In this document: positions 23,775-32,871 of the stretch, piece after piece
How the letters are laid out: every line of letters starts with the position of its first letter
Position numbering within the stretch: position 1 is the first letter of the stretch
DNA from: an uncultured Chloroflexia bacterium
GTDB lineage: Bacteria; Chloroflexota; Limnocylindria; Limnocylindrales; CSP1-4
Length of the DNA stretch: 64,000 nucleotides
Direction: 5' to 3'
Assembly: GCA_963734535.1 (NCBI GenBank)
Contig: CAVTHS010000007.1
Span: 64,001-128,000, forward strand
Made by a program: the position numbers and the translations under genes
Notes under the pieces: model-generated
Seen by the model: only the letters and a program-made list of their open reading frames with translations
Databases searched by the model: none
What the model was told of the DNA's origin: nothing

Positions 23775-24209
23775 ATGTCCCATCGAAGGGGGCTCGCGGC
23801 GCTGTGCGCCGCCACCATCGTGCTCGCCGCCTGCGGAGGCGGGACGACGGCGCCCTCGCCGCACACCGCCACCGCCACGGTCGGGGAGTTCAAGATCGCG
23901 CTCGACACCGCCAAGCTCTCGGCCGGCCAGGACACCCTGACCGTCAAGAACGACGGCAAGATCACCCACGAGTTCGTGGTCGTGCGCACGGACCTCGCCC
24001 CCGATGCCCTGCCGACCGGCTCGGACGGCGGGGTCGACGAGGAGGCGACCGACGTGGCGCACGTCGACGAGGTCGAGGACATCGCCGCGGGCTCGAGCGG
24101 CTCGCTGACCGTCTCTCTGCCGGCCGGCAAGTACGTCGTCTTCTGCAACCTGCCCGGCCACTACAAGGGCGGCATGCACGCCGCGATCGAGGTCACCGCG
24201 GGCGCCTGA
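23775..24209 (+). CDS. Cupredoxin (blue copper) lipoprotein, sulfocyanin/auracyanin-like
   Basis: Lipobox LAAC; HEFVV and FCNLPGHYKGGM provide the type-1 Cu ligands His, Cys, His, Met. Confidence 0.88.
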   Translation: MSHRRGLAALCAATIVLAACGGGTTAPSPHTATATVGEFKIALDTAKLSAGQDTLTVKNDGKITHEFVVVRTDLAPDALPTGSDGGVDEEATDVAHVDEVEDIAAGSSGSLTVSLPAGKYVVFCNLPGHYKGGMHAAIEVTAGA

Positions 24210-24440
24210 GGCCCACCCCATCGAAGATCCCCGGGGGACGAGACGCGGCCGATCGCGAGGTCGGCCGCGTCTCCGCGTCCGCGTCCGGGCGTGGGCGGGG
24301 GCGAAGGAGCGGGGCGCTCGCTTCCGCCCGGCACCCCGCCAGACGCTCGATGTCCCGTACGGTACCCTTGCCGGACCGGCCTGCGTCCTGCCGATCACGC
24401 GGGCGCGCCGGCGTTGACAGGCAGGAGGACACGAGGTCCC

Positions 24441-26310
24441 GTGACGATCACGAAGGGCCACGAGGTGCCGGTCCAGGAGCTGGACCGCGTCACCATCCGG
24501 TTCGCCGGCGATTCCGGCGACGGGATGCAGCTGACCGGCACCCAGTTCTCCCGGACGGCGGCCGTGTTCGGCAACGACATCAGCACGCTGCCGGACTACC
24601 CGGCCGAGATCCGGGCCCCGGCCGGGTCGATCCCCGGCGTCTCGGGCTTCCAGATCTCGTTCAGCTCCAGCGAGATCCACACGCCGGGCGACGCCCCGGA
24701 CGTGCTCGTGGCCATGAACCCGGCCGCCCTCCGCGCCAACGTCCGCGACCTCGCGCCCGGCGGCGCGATCATCGTCAACAGCGACGCGTTCACGCCCCCG
24801 AACCTGGCCAAGGCGGGCTACGCGATGAACCCGCTCACCGACGATTCGCTGCGCTCCTACACGGTCTTCGACATCCCGGTCTCGACCCTCAACGCGCGGG
24901 CGCTCGATGGGCTCGACATGACCTCGAAGCAGATGGACCTGACGCAAGAACTTCTTCGCCCTCGGGATCATGTTCTGGCTCTACGGGCGGAGCATGGAGA
25001 CCACCCAGGCCTGGATCGAGGAGAAGTTCGGGGGCCGGCCGATCGTCGCGGAGGCCAATCGGCGGGCGCTCAACGCCGGCTATGCCTTCGGCGAGACCAC
25101 CGAGATCTTCCACACGACCTATCGCGTGGCGCCCGCGCACCTTGCGCCGGGCACCTACCGCAACATCACCGGCAACGAGGCGACCGCGCTCGGCCAGCTG
25201 ACGGCCTCGAAGCTCGCCGACCGCCAGCTCGTCTACGCCTCGTACCCGATCACGCCGGCCTCGGAGATCCTGCACCAGCTCTCCGGGTGGAAGAACTTCG
25301 GCCTCAAGACGTTCCAGGCGGAGGACGAGATCGCGGCGATCGGTGCTGCCCTCGGCGCCAGCTACGGCGGCGCCATGGGGCTCACCGGGACTTCGGGGCC
25401 AGGGATGGCCCTCAAGGCGGAGATGCTCGGTCTCGCCGTGATGGTGGAGCTGCCGCTCGTCGTGATCGACGTCCAGCGCGCCGGCCCGTCGACCGGGATG
25501 CCCACCAAGACGGAGCAGAGCGACCTGCTGCAGGCGCTCTTCGGCCGCAACGGCGACTCGCCGATCCCGGTGGTCGCGCCGGCGACGCCCGCCGAGTGCT
25601 TCGACTACGCCATCGAGGCGTGGCGGATCGCGCTCCGCCACATGACGCCGGTCGTCTATCTCTCCGATGCGTTCCTGGCCACCGGCTCGGAGCCGTGGCG
25701 GATCCCGGAGCTCGACGCGCTGCCCGACCTGCGCGTGCCCAACCGGACGGATCGCGCGGGCTTCTACCCGTACGAGCGGGACCCGGAGACGCTCGCCCGG
25801 CCGTGGGCGGTGCCGGGCACCCCGGGCCTGGAGCACCGGATCGGCGGCCTCGAGAAGCTCGACGTCCTGGGCACCATCAGCTACGACCCGGACAATCACC
25901 ATCGAATGCAGCAGCTGCGCGCGGAGAAGGTCGCCAGGATCGCTCGCGACATCCCGCCGCTGGACGTCTTCGGACCGCTCGAGGGCGAGCTCCTGATCCT
26001 GGGCTGGGGCAGCACCTACGGCGCCATCCGGAGCGCCGTCGAGCGACTCCAGGACACGGGCCGGAAGGTCGCTCATGCGCACCTGCGCCACCTGAACCCG
26101 TTCCCCACCAACACGGGCGACGTGGTCCGCGCGTACGACCGGGTCCTGATCCCCGAGATCAACATGGGCCAGCTCCGGATGCTGATCCGCTCGATGTTCC
26201 TGGTGGACGCGGAGGGCTTCAACCTCGTCCGGGGCAAGCCATTCACGATCAGCGAGATCCTGGCGAAGGCCGAGCAGGTGCTCGGAGACCCGGTGAGGCC
26301 CACGAGATGA
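24441..26310 (+). CDS. korA: 2-oxoacid:ferredoxin oxidoreductase alpha subunit (frameshift near 24945)
   Basis: FAGDSGDGMQLTG, YPITPAS, QAEDEIAA, QRAGPSTGMPTKTEQSD. Confidence 0.92.
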
Positions 26311-27353
26311 CCGACCAGCGCACGCCGTCCGCACCGGACGCGGCTCCCATCAAGCTCTCCCGCAAGGACTTCGCCAGCGACCAGGAGGTCCGCTGGTGCC
26401 CGGGCTGCGGCGACTACTCGATCCTTGCCCAGACCCAGAAGGTGATGCCCGACTTCGGCGTGCCGAAGGAGAACATCGTCTTCATCTCGGGGATCGGCTG
26501 CTCCGGGCGCCTGCCGTACTACATGAACACGTATGGCTTCCACTCGATCCACGGTCGCGCTCCGACGATCGCGACAGGGCTCAAGGAGGCTCGCCCCGAG
26601 CTGATGGTGTGGGTGGTCACCGGGGACGGGGATGCGCTCTCGATCGGCGGCAACCACATCCTCCACTCCATGCGCCGAAACGTCGACATCCGGGTCGTGA
26701 TGTTCAACAACCGCATCTACGGCCTCACGAAGGGCCAGGCGTCGCCGACCTCCGAGTTCGGGCAGAAGACGAAGTCGACCCCGTCCGGCTCGGCCGACTA
26801 CCCGATCCACCCGCTGGTCGTCGCCCTCGCGGCGGAGGCGAGCTTCGTCGCCCGGGCGGTCGATACGCAGACGGAGCATCTCCAGGGAGTCCTGGAGCGG
26901 GCCGGCTTCCATCGTGGGTCCGCCTTCGTCGAGGTCCTCCAGAACTGCAACATCTTCAACGACGGGGCGCACCGCGCATTCACCGAACGGGACGTCCGGG
27001 AGGACCGCCAGCTGGTGCTGGAGCACGGCAAGCCGATGCTCTTCGGCAAGAAGCACGACCTGGGTCTCCGGCTCAACGGCGTGCGCCCGGAGATCGTGCG
27101 GGTCGGCGAGGACGGGATCACCGAGGCGGACATCCTCGTTCACGACGAGACGAGCGAGGACCCGACGATCCACAACATGCTCGCCCGGATCTACTGGCCC
27201 GAGTTTCCCGTGCCGATCGGCGTCATCCGGAACGTGCCTCGTCCAACCCACGACGAGCTGGTGAGTGCGCAGGTCCGGGACGCGATCGCCCGGCAGGGGC
27301 CCGGCGACCTCGCCAAGGTCCTCCGCTCCGGCGAGACCTGGACGGTCCAGTGA
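26307..27353 (+). CDS. korB: 2-oxoacid:ferredoxin oxidoreductase beta subunit
   Basis: WCPGCGD, SGIGCS, TPP motif GDGDALSIGGNH...NNRIYGLTKGQ. Confidence 0.93.
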   Translation: MTDQRTPSAPDAAPIKLSRKDFASDQEVRWCPGCGDYSILAQTQKVMPDFGVPKENIVFISGIGCSGRLPYYMNTYGFHSIHGRAPTIATGLKEARPELMVWVVTGDGDALSIGGNHILHSMRRNVDIRVVMFNNRIYGLTKGQASPTSEFGQKTKSTPSGSADYPIHPLVVALAAEASFVARAVDTQTEHLQGVLERAGFHRGSAFVEVLQNCNIFNDGAHRAFTERDVREDRQLVLEHGKPMLFGKKHDLGLRLNGVRPEIVRVGEDGITEADILVHDETSEDPTIHNMLARIYWPEFPVPIGVIRNVPRPTHDELVSAQVRDAIARQGPGDLAKVLRSGETWTVQ

Positions 27354-27814
27354 CCCCTGCGGAGGGCAGGCCGGGAGCCGGCGTCCTTCGCGTGATCGTC
27401 CTCGCCGACGACCTGATCTGGGCCACCCGGCTGGTCGGCCAGCTCCGGACCGTGGGGGCTCATCCGGTCCGCGCCGGGTCTGCCGACGCGTTCGCGGTTG
27501 CGCTCGCCGACCGGCCAGCTGACGCGGCCGCCGGTCGACCCGGCCACGCCGTGGTGGACCTGACCGCCCGCTCCTACGACGGGCTGGCGGCGGTGCGCTC
27601 CGCCGTCGCAGCCGGCGTCCACGTCCTGTGCGTCGGGCAGCACGACGACCACGAAGTGCGCCGCGCCGCGCGCGCAGCAGGCGCGGACCAGGTGCTCGCC
27701 TACAGGAAGCTCTTCGAGAACGGCCACGCGGTCCTGGCCGCGTGGCTCGGCGTGCCGGCGCCAGCGGCCGGCTCTCTCAACATGCCAGCCAGTCCCGAGG
27801 TTGGGGCCAGGTGA
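27350..27814 (+). CDS. Stand-alone CheY-like (atypical receiver) protein
   Basis: VIVLADDLIW, AVVDLT, ARAAGADQV pattern; GTG overlaps the korB stop. Confidence 0.6.
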   Translation: MTPAEGRPGAGVLRVIVLADDLIWATRLVGQLRTVGAHPVRAGSADAFAVALADRPADAAAGRPGHAVVDLTARSYDGLAAVRSAVAAGVHVLCVGQHDDHEVRRAARAAGADQVLAYRKLFENGHAVLAAWLGVPAPAAGSLNMPASPEVGAR

Positions 27815-29019
27815 CGGGGCCCGTCGCGCCGGTCTCGGTCGCGCCCGCCGTCCGCCCGAGCATTCCGGCCGCGCGCTTCGGCGCGCGGCTCGCAAGGGCG
27901 CAGGCCGGCGTGGCCGAACGCGGCCTGCGGGCGATGCTCGTGAGCGTCGGCCCGGACCTCGTCTATCTCGCCGGCTACGAGGCGATGCCGCTGGAACGGC
28001 TGACGATGCTCGTGGTCCCGGCATCCGGCCGCTCGACGCTGCTCGTCCCCCGCCTGGAGACCGCACCCGCCCGGGCATGCCCGGGCGTGGCCGGAGGCCA
28101 TCTCGACCTCGAGACGTGGGAGGAGACCGAGGACCCGGTCGATCGGGTCGCGCATCTCGTCGGCGGGTTCGGTTCGGCCTTCGCTGGCCGCGCCACGCCG
28201 GATCGGGTCGCAGTCTCGGATCGACTCTGGGCGTTCCACCTCCTGCGCCTCCAGGCCGTGCTGCCGGGCGCCGTCTTCGTGTCGGCGTCGCTCGTGCTGC
28301 GCGACCTGCGGATCGTCAAGGACGCCGACGAGATCGCACTGCTGCGCCTCGCGGCGGAGGCCGCCGACCGCGTCGTCTGGGAGATCGCGCACGGGCGCCT
28401 GGTCGGGCGAAGCGAGGCCGATGTCGCGCGGGAGGTCCGCGACCGGCTCCTCGCCGAGGGCCACGATCGGGCGGACTTCGCGATCGTGGGCTCGGGCCCG
28501 AACTCGGCGTCGCCTCACCACGAGGCGTCGGACCGGATCATCGGGGCAGGCGAGCCGATCGTGCTCGACATCGGCGGGCCGTACGGCGGGTACGGGAGCG
28601 ACACGACGCGAACCATCTGGGTCACCGGGGGCGACGCGACGCGCGGGCCGGACGACGAGTTCCTGCGCCTCTACTCGGTGCTGCGGGCCGCGCAGGCCGA
28701 GGCCACCCACGCAGTCCGTCCTGGCGTCGCCTGCGAGCGGATCGACCTCGTCGCCCGGGAGCTGATCTCGGCATCGGGCCACGGCTCCCATTTCTTCCAC
28801 CGGACGGGCCACGGCATCGGCCTCGAGGGTCACGAGGACCCGTACCTCGTCGCGGGCAATGCCGAGGAGCTCCGACCGGGGATGGCCTTCTCGGTAGAGC
28901 CGGGGATCTACCTCGCGGGCCGGTATGGGGCCCGGATCGAGGACATCGTGATCTGCGGCGAGGACGGCCCGATCGTCCTGAACCAGCTGGACCGTGACCT
29001 CCTCGTCGTCACCGGATAG
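27811..29019 (+). CDS. M24 family Xaa-Pro peptidase
   Basis: SPHH, LDIGG...SDTTRT, HRTGHGIG, FSVEPGIY, RIED. Confidence 0.92.
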   Translation: MTGPVAPVSVAPAVRPSIPAARFGARLARAQAGVAERGLRAMLVSVGPDLVYLAGYEAMPLERLTMLVVPASGRSTLLVPRLETAPARACPGVAGGHLDLETWEETEDPVDRVAHLVGGFGSAFAGRATPDRVAVSDRLWAFHLLRLQAVLPGAVFVSASLVLRDLRIVKDADEIALLRLAAEAADRVVWEIAHGRLVGRSEADVAREVRDRLLAEGHDRADFAIVGSGPNSASPHHEASDRIIGAGEPIVLDIGGPYGGYGSDTTRTIWVTGGDATRGPDDEFLRLYSVLRAAQAEATHAVRPGVACERIDLVARELISASGHGSHFFHRTGHGIGLEGHEDPYLVAGNAEELRPGMAFSVEPGIYLAGRYGARIEDIVICGEDGPIVLNQLDRDLLVVTG

Positions 29020-29109
29020 CGCGACGGGCGGCCGGTCGCCGTCGCGTGGTCGCGGGACGCGGGCGGGGTCCCGTCCGCGTCGCATCGGGACCGGCGCTAT
29101 GATCCGGCC

Positions 29110-29499
29110 ATGATCGAGCCCACGCTCGGCGCGCCCGAGACGACCGCCGAACCCGTCGTGGTGGATGCCTTGGACGCGGCTGTGGCTGCGGCCGTGGATG
29201 TGGCTGCGGATGCGGCAATTGCCGTCTGCACCCAGGCCCAGCTCCGGCGCTTCATCAAGAGCCGTTCGTACGTGCCCATCCACGAGCTCCGGCGCCGGTT
29301 TGCGCTCCTCGGGGAGGACGACGACGTCACCGGTTTCACCGTCTCGGGTCGACGCGTCTTCGTGGGCCTCCCGGCCCGCGAGGCTCGCATGCTCGGCGAG
29401 CTTGTCTTCCAGGGCGACGTCGGGTACGAGCTCCTCCTCGATCCGACCTCTCCGCTCATCGTCGGCGTCTTCCCCGTCCGGCCGGTCCAGCGCTCCTGA
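29110..29499 (+). CDS. Hypothetical protein, possibly winged-helix-like
   Basis: Coding-like ORF QLRRFIKSRSYVPIHELRRRF... Confidence 0.6.
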   Translation: MIEPTLGAPETTAEPVVVDALDAAVAAAVDVAADAAIAVCTQAQLRRFIKSRSYVPIHELRRRFALLGEDDDVTGFTVSGRRVFVGLPAREARMLGELVFQGDVGYELLLDPTSPLIVGVFPVRPVQRS

Positions 29500-29638
29500 C
29501 GCACGGCAGCCTCCTGGGCTGTCATCGAGACGACACCGCGGCGGTCACAACGACCCTTTACCCGGTTCCCGAGCGGGTGCATCCTGCATGCCACAGGCAG
29601 CGGGCGACGACGCACACCCGGGCCAAGAGGGGACTCGA

Positions 29639-30162
29639 ATGAGCACCAAACGCAAGGCAATCGAGGGCGACGGCTTCATCGCCCGTCGAGCCACCGAGGC
29701 GACGACGTCGAGGGCCACGGCGTCTCGGCGCGCAAGGCTGTCGAGAGCGATGGCGCCATCCTCCGCAAGGCCACCGACGACGACGTCGAGGGCCACGGCG
29801 TCTCGGCGCGCAAGGCTGTCGAGAGCGATGGCGCCATCCTCCGCAAGGCCACCGACGACGACGTCGAGGGCCACGGCGTCTCGGCGCGCAAGGCTGTCGA
29901 GAGCGATGGCGCCATCCTCCGCAAGGCCACCGACGACGACGTCGAGGGCCACGGCGTCTCGGCGCGCAAGGCTGTCGAGAGCGATGGCGCCATCCTCCGC
30001 AAGGCCACCGACGACGACGATGTCGAGGGCCACAACATCGGGGTCATGAACCCGATCCTCGCGCGTGAGCTCTCCCGGGCCCGCGAGCGCGATGTCCAGC
30101 GGGAAGCCTCCCGCAACACGCTCATCGGCGAGGCCAAGCGGGCACTCGGGCGCAAGCGCTGA
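29639..30162 (+). CDS. DDVEGH-repeat peptide (~174 aa; one base missing near 29699)
   Basis: AAGAGGGG RBS, ATG at 29639; restored frame MSTKRKAIEGDGFIARRATEG(DDVEGHGVSARKAVESDGAILRKATD)x4 DDDVEGHNIGVMNPILARELSRARERDVQREASRNTLIGEAKRALGRKR*. Confidence 0.8.
29701..30033 (+). repeat. 78-bp perfect tandem repeat, four copies plus a partial fifth
   Basis: Units start at 29701, 29779, 29857, 29935 and (partial) 30013. Confidence 0.95.
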
Positions 30163-30188
30163 TCTGCTTCCAGGGTTCGTCGCCCCTG

Positions 30189-30222
30189 GACGGGCGGGGT
30201 CGCAGGACCCCGCCCGTCTTCC
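30189..30222 (+). terminator. Hairpin after the DDVEGH peptide gene
   Basis: gacgggcggggtc-gcag-gaccccgcccgtc, a 13-bp perfect stem followed by pyrimidines. Confidence 0.65.
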
Positions 30223-30383
30223 TGTCTGCCGCGGCCGCGACCTCCGACGGCCGACCCACCTGCCGCACCCGGCGCACGATCCCGGCACCAGCCAGACCGC
30301 ACGGGCCACATTGCGCTCGTGGTGGCGCGCCACTAGCATTCGGCGCGTCGACCGGGGAGCCGGGCGCAGGGAAGGGGCGGAGC

Positions 30384-31088
30384 GTGACAGGGACCGCACG
30401 GACGACCGCGGGTGATGCGCTCCGAAGCTGTGCGCTGTTCTCGCGCGTCGACGATGCCACGCTCGCGGTCTGCATCGACTCCCTGCGGACCCGCCGCTAC
30501 CGCAGAAACGAGACGATCTTCCACCAGGGCGACCCCGGCGACTCCCTGTACATCATCGAGTCGGGAGCCGTGAAGATCGTCCTGCCGTCGCCGGAGGGTG
30601 AGGACGAGGCGATCATCGCCACCCTGGGCCCGGGCGACTTCTTCGGCGAGCTCGCCCTGCTCGACGGCGCCGAGCGCTCGGCGACCGCGATCGCCCACGA
30701 GGCGACGACGTCCCTCGTGCTCCGCCGCGACGCGTTCGGCCACCTGATCGACACGGTGCCGGCGCTGCGCCACGAGCTCCTGGCGGGCCTCGTCGCCGAG
30801 CTGCGCCGCCTGACGCACCACGTGGAGGAGCTCCACTTCCTGGACCTGCCGGGCCGGCTGGCGCGCCGCATCGTGCGGCTTGCCCGCGATGTCGAGCCCG
30901 ACCCCAGCGGGGCAGTGACGCTCGACTGGAGCTTCTCCCAGTCGGAGCTGGCCGCGATGATCGGCGGAACGAGGCAGACGGTGAACCGGCTCCTCGGGGA
31001 CTTCACGGCGGAGGGCCTGATACGGATCGATCGCGACAGGCTGGTCGTGCCCGACCTGGAGCGCCTCGAGCGGGCGGCTTCGCGCTGA
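30384..31088 (+). CDS. Crp/Fnr family transcriptional regulator
   Basis: IFHQGDPGDSLYII, FFGELALLDGAERSATA cNMP-binding motif, SQSELAAMIGGTRQTVNR HTH. Confidence 0.93.
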   Translation: MTGTARTTAGDALRSCALFSRVDDATLAVCIDSLRTRRYRRNETIFHQGDPGDSLYIIESGAVKIVLPSPEGEDEAIIATLGPGDFFGELALLDGAERSATAIAHEATTSLVLRRDAFGHLIDTVPALRHELLAGLVAELRRLTHHVEELHFLDLPGRLARRIVRLARDVEPDPSGAVTLDWSFSQSELAAMIGGTRQTVNRLLGDFTAEGLIRIDRDRLVVPDLERLERAASR

Positions 31089-31107
31089 GCCGCGCCGGCG
31101 GGACTCT

Positions 31108-31935
31108 ATGACCGATCCGGGGGAAGGCGCGCGCCGTCGCGGTCCAGGCTTCGATCGTGACGCGCGTGCCGCGCTCGCCGCAATCGGCCGCCGCGCCGAG
31201 ATTGCGCGGCGTCTCGAGCTCGGGAGCGCCGAGGCGGTTCTCCGCTCGATCGTCGAGGCGGCCGCGGCCCTGTTCGAGGCCGAGGCTGCATCCATCGCCC
31301 TGTACGAGCCGGCGCGCAACGTCCTCGTCTTCCGTGTCGCGGCCGGCGAGCACGGCCAGGGCGTGATCGGGCTCGAGATCCCGCCGGACCGCGGCCTCGT
31401 CGGCTACGTCTTCTCGAGCGGGCAGGCGCTCGCCATCGCCGACGTGCGGGCGGACCCGCGCTTCGGTCGGAGCTTCGCCGAGCAGACCCAGTACGTGCCG
31501 CGCAGCATCGTGGCCGTCCCCCTTCTGGACGAGCGCGGCACGCTCGGCGTCCTCGAGGTGCTCGACAAGCGAAGCGAGACCAGCTTCTCTCTCCGCGACA
31601 TCGAGCTGGCCGGCGTCTTTGCGCGGCAAGCCACCGTCGCGATCCGCGCCAGCCGGGTGGAGCGTGACGCCGCGACGCTCCTTCGCTCGGTGATCGGCGC
31701 GCTGGCTGGCGGGGATGCGCCCGGTGGCGGCGTCGATGCGCTCGTGGCCGCCGCGCTCGTCGACGTCGGCGACCCGGATGACCCCCTGTGGCCCCTCGTC
31801 GAGCAGATCGCCGCCCTTCGCCGGGTCGGGCCCGAGCAGCGCGAGCTGCTGGGCGCCCTGCTCGACGTCCTCGTACGCCAGGCCGAGCGCGGCCGGAGTC
31901 GGCGCGCCGGTCGCCTCCGCGCGCCGGGCGGATGA
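31108..31935 (+). CDS. Stand-alone GAF domain protein
   Basis: AEAASIALY, GLVGYV, DVRADPRF, RSIVAVPL, LGVLEVLDK, FSLRDIELAGVFARQA. Confidence 0.88.
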   Translation: MTDPGEGARRRGPGFDRDARAALAAIGRRAEIARRLELGSAEAVLRSIVEAAAALFEAEAASIALYEPARNVLVFRVAAGEHGQGVIGLEIPPDRGLVGYVFSSGQALAIADVRADPRFGRSFAEQTQYVPRSIVAVPLLDERGTLGVLEVLDKRSETSFSLRDIELAGVFARQATVAIRASRVERDAATLLRSVIGALAGGDAPGGGVDALVAAALVDVGDPDDPLWPLVEQIAALRRVGPEQRELLGALLDVLVRQAERGRSRRAGRLRAPGG

Positions 31936-32762
31936 CCGATCCGCTCCTCCCGGCGTGGAGCGAGCCGTTCAGCGGCGCGCGGCGGGACGCGCTGCGCCAC
32001 CTCCCACCGTTCGGTGCGCTCGATCGCGCCTGGGCGATCGGCGGGAGCGACGGCAGCGGCGTCACCGTCGCGATCATCGACTCGGGGGTGGAGCGAGACC
32101 ATCCGGCTGTCGGCGGGAAGCTGGCCCGCAGCGTCCGGGTCGAGCTGGCCGCGGACCCGGAGGACGACCCCGTGATCCTCGACGACGAGGAAGGCACCGA
32201 CGTGGTGGGGCACGGGACCGCCTGCGCCGGGATCATCCACGCGATCGCGCCGGGCGCGGACCTCGTCTCGGTCCGGGTCCTCGGACCGGACAACCGCGGC
32301 AAGGGGATCGTGTTCGCGGCGGGCCTCGACTGGGCGATCGGCCAGGGCGCCGGCGTGATGAACCTGTCGCTCTCGTCGAAGAGCGATGCGCTGTTCGCGC
32401 TCTTTCACGATCTCGCCGACCGGGCCTACTTCGCGAACGCGCTCCTCGTGTGCGCGGCGAACAACGTGCCCGGGAACAGCTACCCATCCCTCTTCGCGTC
32501 GGTCATCTCCGTCGCGGCGCATGACCTCGCGGACCCGGCCGCGTGGTTCTACAACCCGAGCCCGCCGGTGGAGTTCGGGGCCCACGGGCTGGACGTCAAC
32601 GTCGCCTGGCGCGGCGGGAGCCGCATGATCGCGACGGGCAACAGCTTTGCCGCCCCCCACATCGCCGGGTACGCGGCGCTGATCCGGTCCAAGCACCCGG
32701 AGGCGACCCCGTTCGAGGTGAAGGCGATCCTGGCCGCGACCGCTTCGTCGCCGGCCGGCTGA
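31932..32762 (+). CDS. Minimal cytoplasmic S8 subtilase (no signal peptide)
   Basis: IIDSG, HGTACAG, AANN, GNSFAAPH; ATGA overlap with the GAF gene. Confidence 0.9.
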   Translation: MTDPLLPAWSEPFSGARRDALRHLPPFGALDRAWAIGGSDGSGVTVAIIDSGVERDHPAVGGKLARSVRVELAADPEDDPVILDDEEGTDVVGHGTACAGIIHAIAPGADLVSVRVLGPDNRGKGIVFAAGLDWAIGQGAGVMNLSLSSKSDALFALFHDLADRAYFANALLVCAANNVPGNSYPSLFASVISVAAHDLADPAAWFYNPSPPVEFGAHGLDVNVAWRGGSRMIATGNSFAAPHIAGYAALIRSKHPEATPFEVKAILAATASSPAG

Positions 32763-32767
32763 AGGGG

Positions 32768-32806
32768 GAAGACGGCCGTCCCCGGAGGAGCGGGGCGGCC
32801 GTCTTC
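32768..32806. terminator. Hairpin between convergent genes
   Basis: gaagacggccgtccc...ggggcggccgtcttc inverted repeat. Confidence 0.55.
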
Positions 32807-32871
32807 AGGGTCCGGGCGAGCCGGCGGGTCCAATCGCCGGCGGATTCCCCCGTGTGATTTCGACGGAGCGG

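Noticed and set aside
24291-27353. 1020-aa apparent KorA-KorB fusion
   Set aside because: Artefact of one indel near 24945. The middle part is off-frame, and korA and korB have their own overlapping stop and start (ATGA at 26307-26310).
29701-30033. 78-bp repeats as a CRISPR array
   Set aside because: The units are contiguous and identical with no unique spacers, their length is a multiple of 3, they encode a sensible peptide, and there are no cas genes.
29165-30399. Track ORFs 29165..30049(+), 29545..30399(-) and 29676..30311(-)
   Set aside because: These are alternative-frame readings of the repeat. The DDVEGH frame has the RBS, the codon bias, the terminator and a homolog at 32872-33465.
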